From: Candidatus Woesearchaeota archaeon
GTDB taxonomy: Archaea > Nanobdellota > Nanobdellia > Woesearchaeales > SKIA01
DNA: 64,000 nucleotides
Direction of reading: 5' to 3'
Assembly (NCBI GenBank): GCA_046704725.1
Contig: JBJKRI010000003.1
Coordinates: 32,001 to 96,000 of the forward strand
Positions 9,937 through 18,798 of the stretch are shown in pieces (position 1 is the stretch's first letter; the number at the start of each line of letters is the position of its first letter). Made by a program: the position numbers and the translations under genes. Below the pieces are notes generated by a model that searched no databases, had not been told where the DNA came from, and saw only the letters and a program-made list of their open reading frames with translations.

Positions 9937-10935
9937 TCAAGTGTCTTTCGGCAGCACGAGGGGCTTTTTTCCCACGATGATGATGTTCTCGTGCCGTACG
10001 CCCTCGTCGTAGTACAGTCCGGGCTCGATCGTCACGACCATTCCTTCCTCCAATGTCATGTCGCTGCGCTCTGACAGGTTCGGCGCCTCGTGGATGTCCA
10101 GTCCCACGCCGTGCCCCAACGAGTGGATGAGCCCGTGCTCGTCGTCCGTCGGAAAGCCGCGTGTCTCCAGTTCTTTCGTGGCGTACGCGGCGATGTCGGC
10201 CACCTTCGCTCCGGGAACGCATTTCTTGACGCACGCGTCGTGGACTTCTTTCACGGCGTCGAGCATCTTTTGCGCGTTTGCGTCGTCCCCAACAATCACT
10301 GTTCGGGTCATATCGCCGTAGTATCTCGTGCGTTCCGATTGTGGGAAGATATCGATGATGACCGGTCCTTCTTTGATGGCACCGGTTCCGCGGTGGTGCG
10401 GCAATCTCGTCTGTCCTGCCGAGCTGATGATGAGGTCGGGGCAGTCGTAGCCATGCCGGATGAGCTGCGAGCGCGCCTCCGCCTTGAGGGCTTCGCTCGT
10501 GAGCGGCTCCCCCTTCCAATGGAGGATACCGTCCTTGAGTTCGGCTTCCTGCAAGCGCTTCTCGATGAGCGCGATGGCTCCGGCCGCTTCTTCCTGCGCT
10601 TCCTCGATCGCTGCCAGTTCATCTTCATTCTTGATGCGTCGTTCGGGGAAGACCTCGCGCACGACCTCCGCTTTCCCGGGGATACGGTCCACAATGCCGT
10701 GCGGAAAGTCGAACGGCACCTTCGCCTCTTTGACGTTCTTGAGCGCTTCTTTCAGGCTCGTGAGTTCGCGCACCTCGATGTCGCCGACGATCTCCTCTCT
10801 CGCCCGCAGGAATTCGAAGCCGGGCACCCAAAGAGTGCGTTTCTTGTCCTCGATGTAGAGCACATCGACATCGCTGTTCCAGCGGCAGCGATAGTAGATG
10901 TCCGCGCTGTCCGCGCGGCCGAAGAGCACGAGCAT
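9937..10935 (-). CDS. Xaa-Pro aminopeptidase (M24 family)
   Basis: IIDIFP, YYGDMTRT, HSLGHGVGLDIHEAP, TIEPGLY, GVRHEN. Confidence 0.95.
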   Translation of the reverse strand: MLVLFGRADSADIYYRCRWNSDVDVLYIEDKKRTLWVPGFEFLRAREEIVGDIEVRELTSLKEALKNVKEAKVPFDFPHGIVDRIPGKAEVVREVFPERRIKNEDELAAIEEAQEEAAGAIALIEKRLQEAELKDGILHWKGEPLTSEALKAEARSQLIRHGYDCPDLIISSAGQTRLPHHRGTGAIKEGPVIIDIFPQSERTRYYGDMTRTVIVGDDANAQKMLDAVKEVHDACVKKCVPGAKVADIAAYATKELETRGFPTDDEHGLIHSLGHGVGLDIHEAPNLSERSDMTLEEGMVVTIEPGLYYDEGVRHENIIIVGKKPLVLPKDT

Positions 10936-11022
10936 GCCCGTGCCGTGGCCCGCCGCCTCATAAAGCTTTGGCACTGGAAAGACCGCGTGAACGTTTTTAT
11001 AGCGCCTTTCCACCCTCTCCCC

Positions 11023-12540
11023 ATGCTCCCTCTGCACGTCACCTTGTCCTATTACAAGCGCGCGGACATCCGCAAGGCCATGGCCGAGCAGTGCCGCGGC
11101 AAGGAGGTCGCCATCAAGTACGGTAATGGCTTCGGAAAGCGTCCCGACATGGTCGTCTACGACAGCGACATCCTCTCTTTCGCCCAGAAGAAAGCGACGA
11201 GCTTCCACGTGAGCGAGGAGACCTGGAGCAATCCCATGCAACTCGCTCCGGGCATGCGCAAGGCGGACATGGACGCGTTGCGCGTGGGCTGGGACCTCGT
11301 GCTCGATATCGACTTCCCCGTCTGGGAGGCGACGCGCGTCATCGCCGACGCACTCTGGAAGCAGCTTTTGGAGGAGGGCGTGCCTGAGAAGGCCATCACC
11401 GCGAAGTTCTCCGGCAACAAGGGCTTCCACATCGCTGTGCCCTTCGAGGCATTTCCCGACGCGGTGCTCGACGAGGACGGGAAAGAATTGCTCGTCTCCG
11501 ACCTGTTCCCTGACGGCGTGCGCAGCATCCTCGGTTACCTAGTCTCCCGCGTGGACGGTCCCGAGAACGGCTTCTCCCTTTCCGAGCGGCTCGTTAAGGA
11601 TTTAGGTGCGGACGCGTTGCGCTCCATGCTCGTGGAGGTCTGCGAGTCCTGCGGGAGAAAAGCGCCTGGCCGCGCGGTCGAGGGCAACGAGTTCGTCTGC
11701 GAGCGCTGCGGCTATCGCGAGCGAAAGGACGTCGATTACATGGACTGCCCCAAGTGCAAGACCATGGGCCGCACGACCTTGCTCACGCCCGTCGGTCGCG
11801 CCAACTCCGAGCCGTGCAAGTGCGGCTCCAAGCGCTTCCGCAAGAAGGTCGACCTCGCGGTCGACACCATGCTCGTCTCCTCGCGGCACATGTATCGCCT
11901 GGCGTGGAGCCTCCACGAGAAGAGCTTCGACGGGAAAAGAGCGCTTGTCTCATTGCCGATCCCGCCGCGGCGCATGCACGATTTCGACAAGGAAGAGGCC
12001 GGCGCGAAGCACGCGAAGACCGATACCCCCTTCCTCTCCCGTGACGTCCCGCGCGATTGCGCCTCCGCATTGCTGCAGCGCGGCCTCGCCTACCGCGCCC
12101 CCGACGCCGAGGACAGGCCCTCGTTCGCGGAGATCGAGTGGGCCGGCGACGCCGCGCCGGAGGAGGCGTTCCCCCCGCCCATCAAAAAGATGCTCACGGG
12201 CATGGAGGACGGACGCAAGCGCGCCTTGTTCGTGCTCACGAACTTCCTGCGCAGCGTGGGCTGGTCCTACGAGATGATCGAGGCGCGCCTCGACGAGTGG
12301 AACAAGGCCAACCCCGAGCCCTTGCGCGAGGTCGAGCTGCGCGGCCACATCCGCTACCACAAGCAGAAGGGCCAGAACGTGTTGCCGCCGAACTTCGACA
12401 ACGACATGTACTACAAGGATCTCGGCGTGCTCGAGCACGACGAGTTGAGCCGGCGCGTCAAGAATCCTGTGCAGTACGTCCGTCTCAAGATGAAGCAGGG
12501 CGGCTCGCGCGAGCAGACCACATCCTCCGGGCGTGCGTAG
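11023..12540 (+). CDS. priS: fused single-chain DNA primase (PriS + PriL/PriX-like C-terminal domain)
   Basis: WDLVLDID, KFSGNKGFH, SSRHMYR..SLHEK; C-terminal DGRKRALFVLTNFL and KNPVQY; TATA at about 10994. Confidence 0.92.
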   Translation: MLPLHVTLSYYKRADIRKAMAEQCRGKEVAIKYGNGFGKRPDMVVYDSDILSFAQKKATSFHVSEETWSNPMQLAPGMRKADMDALRVGWDLVLDIDFPVWEATRVIADALWKQLLEEGVPEKAITAKFSGNKGFHIAVPFEAFPDAVLDEDGKELLVSDLFPDGVRSILGYLVSRVDGPENGFSLSERLVKDLGADALRSMLVEVCESCGRKAPGRAVEGNEFVCERCGYRERKDVDYMDCPKCKTMGRTTLLTPVGRANSEPCKCGSKRFRKKVDLAVDTMLVSSRHMYRLAWSLHEKSFDGKRALVSLPIPPRRMHDFDKEEAGAKHAKTDTPFLSRDVPRDCASALLQRGLAYRAPDAEDRPSFAEIEWAGDAAPEEAFPPPIKKMLTGMEDGRKRALFVLTNFLRSVGWSYEMIEARLDEWNKANPEPLREVELRGHIRYHKQKGQNVLPPNFDNDMYYKDLGVLEHDELSRRVKNPVQYVRLKMKQGGSREQTTSSGRA

Positions 12541-12611
12541 ATTTATATCCGGGATGCCCCGGAAAACAGGGATTGGCGACCGCGGATCTGGGGGACATCG
12601 GCGAGCAGGTC

Positions 12612-13022
12612 ATGTCATTGCTGCAGGAGCTTCCTCGGACGCTGCGGACGTCGAGCTTCCGGCTCGACGGGCATGGACGGGGCGTGTCGATTTTCGCGAA
12701 ATATGACGGCGTGTCGTTGCAGATGAATTGCGCTCAGCACGGCAGCGCGCTGGCGCTCAGCACGGGCACCGATGAGCCGAGCGACCGCTACTCTGTACGA
12801 AATCCGCTGGTGTTTCGTGGGCATCGCCTCGATCTGTACGATGCCGATTCGCTCCTCCTCAGCATGCGGATCGAACCAGGAGATGAGACGCATCATTTTG
12901 TGATCCTCGGGCAAAACGACCACGTGATCGCGAGCGGATATCTCTTGCAGGACAACGCTTATGAACATCAGTATCCAGGGTCTGCGCATGACCGTGGATA
13001 CCCGGTTCGGCACGTATCCTGA
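12612..13022 (+). CDS. hypothetical protein
   Basis: Protein-like C-terminal part of the 12057..13022 frame, from ATG 12612. Confidence 0.45.
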   Translation: MSLLQELPRTLRTSSFRLDGHGRGVSIFAKYDGVSLQMNCAQHGSALALSTGTDEPSDRYSVRNPLVFRGHRLDLYDADSLLLSMRIEPGDETHHFVILGQNDHVIASGYLLQDNAYEHQYPGSAHDRGYPVRHVS

Positions 13023-13629
13023 GAAGTTCGCGAAGTACGTCAGGCCGACCGATCTGGTCGATTTCGATGTCGCCGCCGTGAAAAAGCAGGCCCACGAGCT
13101 CACGAAAGAGGCGACGACCGCCCGCGAGGCGCTGACCGCGATCCATTCTTTCGTCTCGTCGCTGCCGCTCGGCTTCGATAGGGAGGATTCGCCCGCGAGC
13201 GTCATCTTGCGCAATCACCGCGCGCAGTGCAACACCAAGACCACTCTCTTCATCGCCATGGCGCGCACGATCGGCATCCCCGCGCGCCTCCATGCTTGGA
13301 GCATCAAGCGTAAAGCGCACAAGGTCTCCTTACCCAAGCTCGTCTACTTGTTCACGCCCCGCGTCACGCTCTTCACGCTTCCTGAGGTCTATCACGGTCG
13401 GGAGTGGTGCACGCTCGACGCGGTGCTGAGCGAGGACGGTGAATCCGATCCTCACGACTGTCCGTTCGACGACGCTCCTCATCGGGACCGCCCGATTCCC
13501 AAGGAGCTCATCGTCGAGGACCTGGGCAGCTTCTGGCACCCTGACACGTTCTGGGCCACGTTCGGCACGAACGCCGACGGATGGAGAAAGCTGGCCTTGC
13601 CGTTCGTTCGTCCGCGGAAACGCTCTTAA
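12961..13629 (+). CDS. transglutaminase-like domain protein (start may be 12988)
   Basis: AQCNTKTTLFIAMARTIGIPARLH and EVYHGREWCTLD. Confidence 0.85.
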   Translation: MNISIQGLRMTVDTRFGTYPEKFAKYVRPTDLVDFDVAAVKKQAHELTKEATTAREALTAIHSFVSSLPLGFDREDSPASVILRNHRAQCNTKTTLFIAMARTIGIPARLHAWSIKRKAHKVSLPKLVYLFTPRVTLFTLPEVYHGREWCTLDAVLSEDGESDPHDCPFDDAPHRDRPIPKELIVEDLGSFWHPDTFWATFGTNADGWRKLALPFVRPRKRS

Positions 13630-13652
13630 ACCCGTTTTCCTAGGAAAGTGCT

Positions 13653-14198
13653 ATGGTACTTGCCCGCGCGTTCGCTTCGCTCATCCTCATGTTCATGATT
13701 ATCGGCGCCGTCGCTGTCTATCTCTCGAACGTGAAGGGACAGCCGACCCTCGATACCTTCACCCTCGACACCCCGACCGCTGCCGGCCCGAGCAGGATGG
13801 CGTTCTCGGGCACGCTCTCCATCAAGAACCCGCTCAGCGAATCGATTCCCGTCACGAGCATCAACTACACCATCTATCTCCAGGATTCCGGCGAGACGAT
13901 CGCCAATGGCACGATGCCTGCCTTCACCCTCAAGCCTAATAACGTGACGACAGAGGCCTTCGCGCAGAACATCACATGGGCCCCCTCTTCTTCGGTCATG
14001 GACCATCTGCTCAGCCAACCGCAGGTCTTCTTGCGCGTGAATGGCACCGCGTACCTTGACATGGGGAAAGGACGTGTCCTTCCCGTACAGTTCACGGCGA
14101 AGACGGATGCCCGCGATTACGTGCAGAGCGCGTACATCGGCGGCACCCAGGTGCAGAGCGCGCCCGTGGGCGGCAGCAACCTCAAGATCTTTGGATGA
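13653..14198 (+). CDS. membrane-anchored LEA_2/WHy-like protein
   Basis: N-terminal TM helix; LSIKNPLSESIPVTSINYTIY. Confidence 0.7.
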   Translation: MVLARAFASLILMFMIIGAVAVYLSNVKGQPTLDTFTLDTPTAAGPSRMAFSGTLSIKNPLSESIPVTSINYTIYLQDSGETIANGTMPAFTLKPNNVTTEAFAQNITWAPSSSVMDHLLSQPQVFLRVNGTAYLDMGKGRVLPVQFTAKTDARDYVQSAYIGGTQVQSAPVGGSNLKIFG

Positions 14199-14709
14199 GG
14201 TCTTCCACCGTCCGCTCCAGCGCGGGGAATTCCGTGTAGCCACTCTGCGCGTCGAGCAGTCCACCGCCGCGCACGATGTGCAGTTCCGCCGACAATGGCG
14301 TGCGCAATGCGAGCACGGCGTACAACGGCATGCGCGGATCGTCGTCCGCGTGGAAGAACACGATACGCTCCGCGTTCTCTTTGATGGCGGGATAGTCGAA
14401 CGTGCGCTGCATGAACGTCGCTGACGCATCATCGGGCGGGGGCATGGCGACCAACAACAACGCCTTCATCTTCTCTTTCTCCGCGCGCGCCAGAACGAAC
14501 GGCACTCCCATGCCGTACGCGACCACGATCGCGTCCTCCAAAGCGACGTCCTGGGCGTCGAGCATCTTCTCCCAGTCGTCGAACGTCCCTTCGACCGGGA
14601 GCTGCGGTCCGACGAAGGTCGCTCCCAATGACTGTGCTCGTCGTTTGAGCGAGGGCGCCCAGTGCTCTCGCGGGCTCCCGGCGTGGCTGTGCAGGTAGAC
14701 GACGCGCAT
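14182..14709 (-). CDS. RBBP9/YdeN-like alpha/beta hydrolase (catalytic residues degenerate)
   Basis: VYLH..GSPREHW, HADDDPRMP, SGYTEFP; nucleophile elbow reads AYGMG. Confidence 0.8.
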   Translation of the reverse strand: MRVVYLHSHAGSPREHWAPSLKRRAQSLGATFVGPQLPVEGTFDDWEKMLDAQDVALEDAIVVAYGMGVPFVLARAEKEKMKALLLVAMPPPDDASATFMQRTFDYPAIKENAERIVFFHADDDPRMPLYAVLALRTPLSAELHIVRGGGLLDAQSGYTEFPALERTVEDLIQRS

Positions 14710-14739
14710 GTGTCGCTCCGAGGATGACGGGATATAAAC

Positions 14740-15318
14740 CTACGTATGCAACTCGGAGAGCAGCGACGCGTCCCCGAGCACGATGACCCGCACGCCTTTC
14801 TCACGGAAGTATTTCGCGCTCTCGGATTCCTCTCTGGCCACGAAGACGTCTGGAAGCCCGTGCTCGGCGACGAAGCGTTCGAATACGGCTGCCGCATCGT
14901 CCTTCTCATCGGGGAGCGAGCACGCCTCGACGCTGTATAATCCCTCTGCGTCAGCAGCTTCGAGCAGTCTGTCCAATGCGTCATTGGTATTGGTCGTGAC
15001 GACCGCGAGCTCGGCTCCGGTCTTGCGCAACGCCTCGATCACATCCGACCGCACGCTTTCCGGATGCTTCCGTACGAAGGACACGACAGCGTCGAAGTAG
15101 CGTTTCCGCGCGTGGCGCGTGCGTTCCTCGTCGGTCGCTTCCGGCTCGAGCCGTCGCATCACCTCGTCCACTCCGCGGAAATACTCTTTCCGGGAAGTCC
15201 ACTCCTTGACGGACGGGTCGTTGAGTTCCTCCGCTGCCTTGGCGAACCATTGGGCGTGCGCCTTGTCCCAAGCCTCTGGTTTGATGAGCACGTTCTTGGC
15301 AGACGTCGCGATGAGCAT
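14740..15318 (-). CDS. HAD-like fold protein (degenerate)
   Basis: LAVVTTN (motif II) and EKDD; motif I Asp absent (ATSAKNVL). Confidence 0.6.
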   Translation of the reverse strand: MLIATSAKNVLIKPEAWDKAHAQWFAKAAEELNDPSVKEWTSRKEYFRGVDEVMRRLEPEATDEERTRHARKRYFDAVVSFVRKHPESVRSDVIEALRKTGAELAVVTTNTNDALDRLLEAADAEGLYSVEACSLPDEKDDAAAVFERFVAEHGLPDVFVAREESESAKYFREKGVRVIVLGDASLLSELHT

Positions 15319-15430
15319 GCACACTGCATACTGGTGCGCTTCTTATGGTTTTCCTGCTTCGTCCTGAGGAGCTCTCCGTGACGTTCCACCTGAAACGAGG
15401 GTCCGCGTCCCGCGTTTCCTCACCGGAATG

Positions 15431-15584
15431 CTTTTAAATGAACCAGCGTTCGCCCCGATATCGACGATGCACGCCCTCAGGACGTGTATCGGCTGACGCC
15501 TGAGAACCGCGCTGCGCGATTCTAGCATACCGCGGGACTAATGGGCGTTCACCAACCGGCCACCAGCATAGGCCAAGGACAACA
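15431..15584 (+). promoter_or_regulatory. TATA box and structured 5' leader of the ribosomal protein operon
   Basis: CTTTTAAAT at 15431-15439; stem 15465-15473/15483-15491; loop CTCAGG complementary to CCTGAG at 15499-15504. Confidence 0.6.
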
Positions 15585-16559
15585 ATGCCGACCACACGAG
15601 CACCACGCAAGGGAAGCCTCCAGTACTGGCCCAGGAAGCGCGCCAAGCGCCAGCACGCGCGCGTCCGTAGCTGGGCGACCGCCAAGGAGCCCAAGCCCCT
15701 CGCTTTCGCCGGTTTCAAGGCCGGCATGACCCATATTCTCGTGACGGACAACCGCAAGCACAGCCCGAGCAAGGGCCAGGACATCAGCATGCCCGTCACC
15801 ATCATCGAATGCCCGCCCCTCAAGATCGCGGGCATCCGCTTCTACAAGAAGAACACCAAGGGCTATGGCGAAGCGGCAGCCACCGAGGTCCGCTTCAAGG
15901 CCGACAAGGAGCTGCTCCGCACCACCAAGTGGAAGGAAACGGGCAAGCTCGACGGCATCAAGCCCGAGGAGTACACGCGAGCGACCCTCCTGGTCCACAC
16001 CCAGCCCGCATTGACGGGCATCGGCCAGAAGAAGCCGCAGTTGTTCGAGGCGGGTTTCGCCGGCTCTGTCGCCGATGCGATCGCGTACGTCAAGGAGCAC
16101 AAGGAGATCGCCGTCGCCGACGCCCTCGCGCCGGGCCAGTTCGTTGACTCGCACGCGGTCACGACAGGCCGCGGCACGCAAGGCCCCGTCAAGAGATTCG
16201 GCATCGGCTTGCGCAGCCATAAGAGCGAGAAGAGCAATAGAAAGGCCGTCCTCGGTCCAGAGGGCTACGCCAAGGTCACCTTCACCTCGCCCCAGGCGGG
16301 CAAGATGGGCTACCACCTGCGCACCGAGCACAACAAGCAGATCATGGGCCTCCTTGAGGCCGACAAGCTCCAGGTGAGCGGCGGCATCATCAACTACGGC
16401 GTCGTCAAGAACACCGTCGTCCTGCTCAAGGGCAGCGTCGGCGGCTCCAAGAAGCGCCTCATCACCCTCACGCACGCGACCCGCGCGGACCCCAAGGTGT
16501 CCACACAGGCCATGGAGATCACGCACATCGCCACGAGAAGCCAGCAGGGGAACCAATGA
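15585..16559 (+). CDS. rpl3: 50S ribosomal protein uL3
   Basis: PRKGSLQYWPRKRA, GFKAGMTH, GRGTQGPVKRFG, PQAGKMGYH. Confidence 0.97.
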   Translation: MPTTRAPRKGSLQYWPRKRAKRQHARVRSWATAKEPKPLAFAGFKAGMTHILVTDNRKHSPSKGQDISMPVTIIECPPLKIAGIRFYKKNTKGYGEAAATEVRFKADKELLRTTKWKETGKLDGIKPEEYTRATLLVHTQPALTGIGQKKPQLFEAGFAGSVADAIAYVKEHKEIAVADALAPGQFVDSHAVTTGRGTQGPVKRFGIGLRSHKSEKSNRKAVLGPEGYAKVTFTSPQAGKMGYHLRTEHNKQIMGLLEADKLQVSGGIINYGVVKNTVVLLKGSVGGSKKRLITLTHATRADPKVSTQAMEITHIATRSQQGNQ

Positions 16560-17458
16560 AACTCACCATCCGCACCGCGAAGAACGAGGAGAAAGGAACC
16601 ATCGAGTTCCCCATCGTCGCGGAGATCCGCCCCGACCTCATCCGCCGTGCGGTGCTCGCGTTGCAGAGCCGCACGCGCCAGCCCTACGGGGCCGACCCGC
16701 GCGCGGGTCTCAAGCACTCCACGCGCATCAGCAGGCGCCGCCGCGATTATCGCGGCAGCTACGGCTACGGCATCAGCCGCGTGCCGCGCAAGATACTCAG
16801 CCGTGCTGGAAGACGCATGTACTGGGTCGGCGCGGAAGCCCCCGGCACCGTCGGCGGACGCAGAGCGCACCCGCCCAAGGCCACCAAGAAGTGGGCGCAC
16901 AAGATCAACAAGAAGGAAAACCGCAGGGCCATCGACAGCGCGATGGTCTGCGCACTGACCCCTGAGGTCGTCTCCGCGCGCGGGCACAAGGTGCCCAAGC
17001 ATTATCCCTTCGCGCTCGATGCGAGCGTCGAATCCCTCTCCAAGACCAAGGATGTCCTCGCCGCCCTGCAGGCGCTCGGACTCTCGGACGACCTCGCCCG
17101 CGGCGCTTCCGGCGCCAAGAGCGTGCTCCTCGTGACCGAGAACGAGGCCTTCGCGCGCGCCGCGCGAAACATCCCTGGTGTCGACGCGTTCCGCGCCGAC
17201 GAGCTCAACGCGCACATGCTCGCTCCCGGCGGCCATCCGGGACGCGCCACGCTCTTCACCGTCACCAGCATCAAGCGCCTTTCCGGCGAGCCCGCTCCCA
17301 AGAAGGAGAAGGCTCCCGCCAAGGCCGCGAAACCCGCTCCGAAATCTCCTGCTCCGAAGAAACCCGAGGAGAAGGTCGAGAAGAAGGAGGCGGCTCCGAA
17401 GAAGACCGCGAAGAAGACCGCGAAGAAAGCCGCCAAGAAGGCGGAGGTGAAGGCATGA
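16556..17458 (+). CDS. rpl4: 50S ribosomal protein uL4 with Lys/Ala/Pro-rich tail
   Basis: [35 protein letters not shown]. Confidence 0.97.
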   Translation: MKLTIRTAKNEEKGTIEFPIVAEIRPDLIRRAVLALQSRTRQPYGADPRAGLKHSTRISRRRRDYRGSYGYGISRVPRKILSRAGRRMYWVGAEAPGTVGGRRAHPPKATKKWAHKINKKENRRAIDSAMVCALTPEVVSARGHKVPKHYPFALDASVESLSKTKDVLAALQALGLSDDLARGASGAKSVLLVTENEAFARAARNIPGVDAFRADELNAHMLAPGGHPGRATLFTVTSIKRLSGEPAPKKEKAPAKAAKPAPKSPAPKKPEEKVEKKEAAPKKTAKKTAKKAAKKAEVKA

Positions 17459-17703
17459 CCGTCATCATCCACCCGATCTCCACCGAGAAGAGCATCCGTC
17501 TCATGGAGGCGGAGAACACGCTCGTCTTCGCTGTCGACAGGAAAGCCACCAAGGCGGACATCAAGAAAGCCGTCGAGGAGCTCTTCAAGGTCAAGGTCGC
17601 CGGTGTCAACACTGTCAATACGTTCAAGACAAAGAAAGCGTACGTCACGTTCGCCGCCGACACGCCGGCGATCGACGTCGCCACCAAGCTGGGGTTGATG
17701 TAG
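17455..17703 (+). CDS. rpl23: 50S ribosomal protein uL23
   Basis: [23 protein letters not shown]; GGAGGTGA SD upstream. Confidence 0.97.
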   Translation: MTVIIHPISTEKSIRLMEAENTLVFAVDRKATKADIKKAVEELFKVKVAGVNTVNTFKTKKAYVTFAADTPAIDVATKLGLM

Positions 17704-18417
17704 ATGGGTAAACCGATCATCGCGCAGAAACGGGGCAAGGGCTCGCCGACGTACACCGTCAGCAGCCATCGCTTCAAGGGCAAGGCCAAGCAATACGCGG
17801 ACGGCGAGGCCATCATCGTGGACATCGTCCACTGCGCGGCCCACAGCGCCCCGCTCTGCCTGGCGGAGCACATGGACGGCACGCTGTACCTCACCATCGC
17901 TGGCGAGGGAGCCACCGTCGGCGACATCGTGCAGGTCGGCACGGGAGCAGAGCTCGCGGTCGGCAACACGCTCATGCTCAAGGACATGCCGGAAGGCACG
18001 CCCGTCTTCAATATCGAGTCGCAGCCCGGCGACGGCGGACGATTCTGCCGCACGTCCGGCAGCGCCGCGCGCATCGCGCAGAAGACCGAGAAGACCGTCA
18101 CTGTCATCTTGCCGAGCAAGAAGACGCGCTCGTTCCCGGCCACGTGCCGCGGCACCGTGGGCGTCCCCGCCGGTGGCGGGCGCAAGGAGAAGCCGCTGCT
18201 CAAGGCCGGTACCGCGTTCCACAAATACGGTGCCCGCAACAAGCTCTGGCCCAAGACGAGCGCGACGAAGATGAACGCGACCGACCACCCGTTCGGCAAC
18301 ACGCGCAGCCTGCGAAAGGCCAAGGCCAAGCCGGCTCCGCGCAACGCCCCGCCGGGACGCAACGTCGGTATGATCCGCCCACGCAAGTCGGGCCGCAGCA
18401 AGGGGAGGAAGCGCTAG
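17704..18417 (+). CDS. rpl2: 50S ribosomal protein uL2
   Basis: MGKPIIAQKRGKG, NIESQPGDGG, MNATDHPFG. Confidence 0.97.
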   Translation: MGKPIIAQKRGKGSPTYTVSSHRFKGKAKQYADGEAIIVDIVHCAAHSAPLCLAEHMDGTLYLTIAGEGATVGDIVQVGTGAELAVGNTLMLKDMPEGTPVFNIESQPGDGGRFCRTSGSAARIAQKTEKTVTVILPSKKTRSFPATCRGTVGVPAGGGRKEKPLLKAGTAFHKYGARNKLWPKTSATKMNATDHPFGNTRSLRKAKAKPAPRNAPPGRNVGMIRPRKSGRSKGRKR

Positions 18418-18798
18418 ATGGCGAAAAAGGAATTCACGTTTCACGGACACACGCTCGAACAGCTTAAGGCATTGCCGCGCGACGAGATGCTCGCGCTCCT
18501 GCCCAGCAGGCAGCGCCGCAGCATCAAGCGCGGGTACACGGATGCCGAGCGCAAGGCCGAGCTCAACATCCTTGCCAAGGACAAGGTCAGAACGCACGCC
18601 CGTGGCGTGGTCATCATGCCGCAGATGGTGGGCAAGACGATCCTCGTCCACAACGGCAAGCAGTTCGTGGAAGTCAAAGTGCAGGAGGAGATGATCGGGC
18701 ACCGCCTGGGCGAGTTCGCCCTCACGCGCAACCTGGTCAAGCACAACTCCCCCGGAGTCGGAGCGACGCGCAGCAGCTCGGCGCTCTCGGTGAGATAA
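18418..18798 (+). CDS. rps19: 30S ribosomal protein uS19
   Basis: RTHAR, HNGKQF, MIGHRLGEFALTR, GATRSS. Confidence 0.97.
   Translation: MAKKEFTFHGHTLEQLKALPRDEMLALLPSRQRRSIKRGYTDAERKAELNILAKDKVRTHARGVVIMPQMVGKTILVHNGKQFVEVKVQEEMIGHRLGEFALTRNLVKHNSPGVGATRSSSALSVR

Noticed and set aside
10090-11022. 816-aa version of the primase with a long N-terminal extension
   Set aside because: The extension is antisense to the M24 peptidase; a TATA box and ATG at 11023 give the plausible start
15343-15584. RNase P RNA, SRP RNA or tRNA in the gap before rpl3
   Set aside because: No GAGGAAAGUCC, SRP helix-8 or T-loop GTTCRA cloverleaf signature; treated as a leader instead
17455-18417. Genome-wide stop-codon reassignment
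   Set aside because: TAG, TGA and TAA each terminate conserved genes at the expected positions
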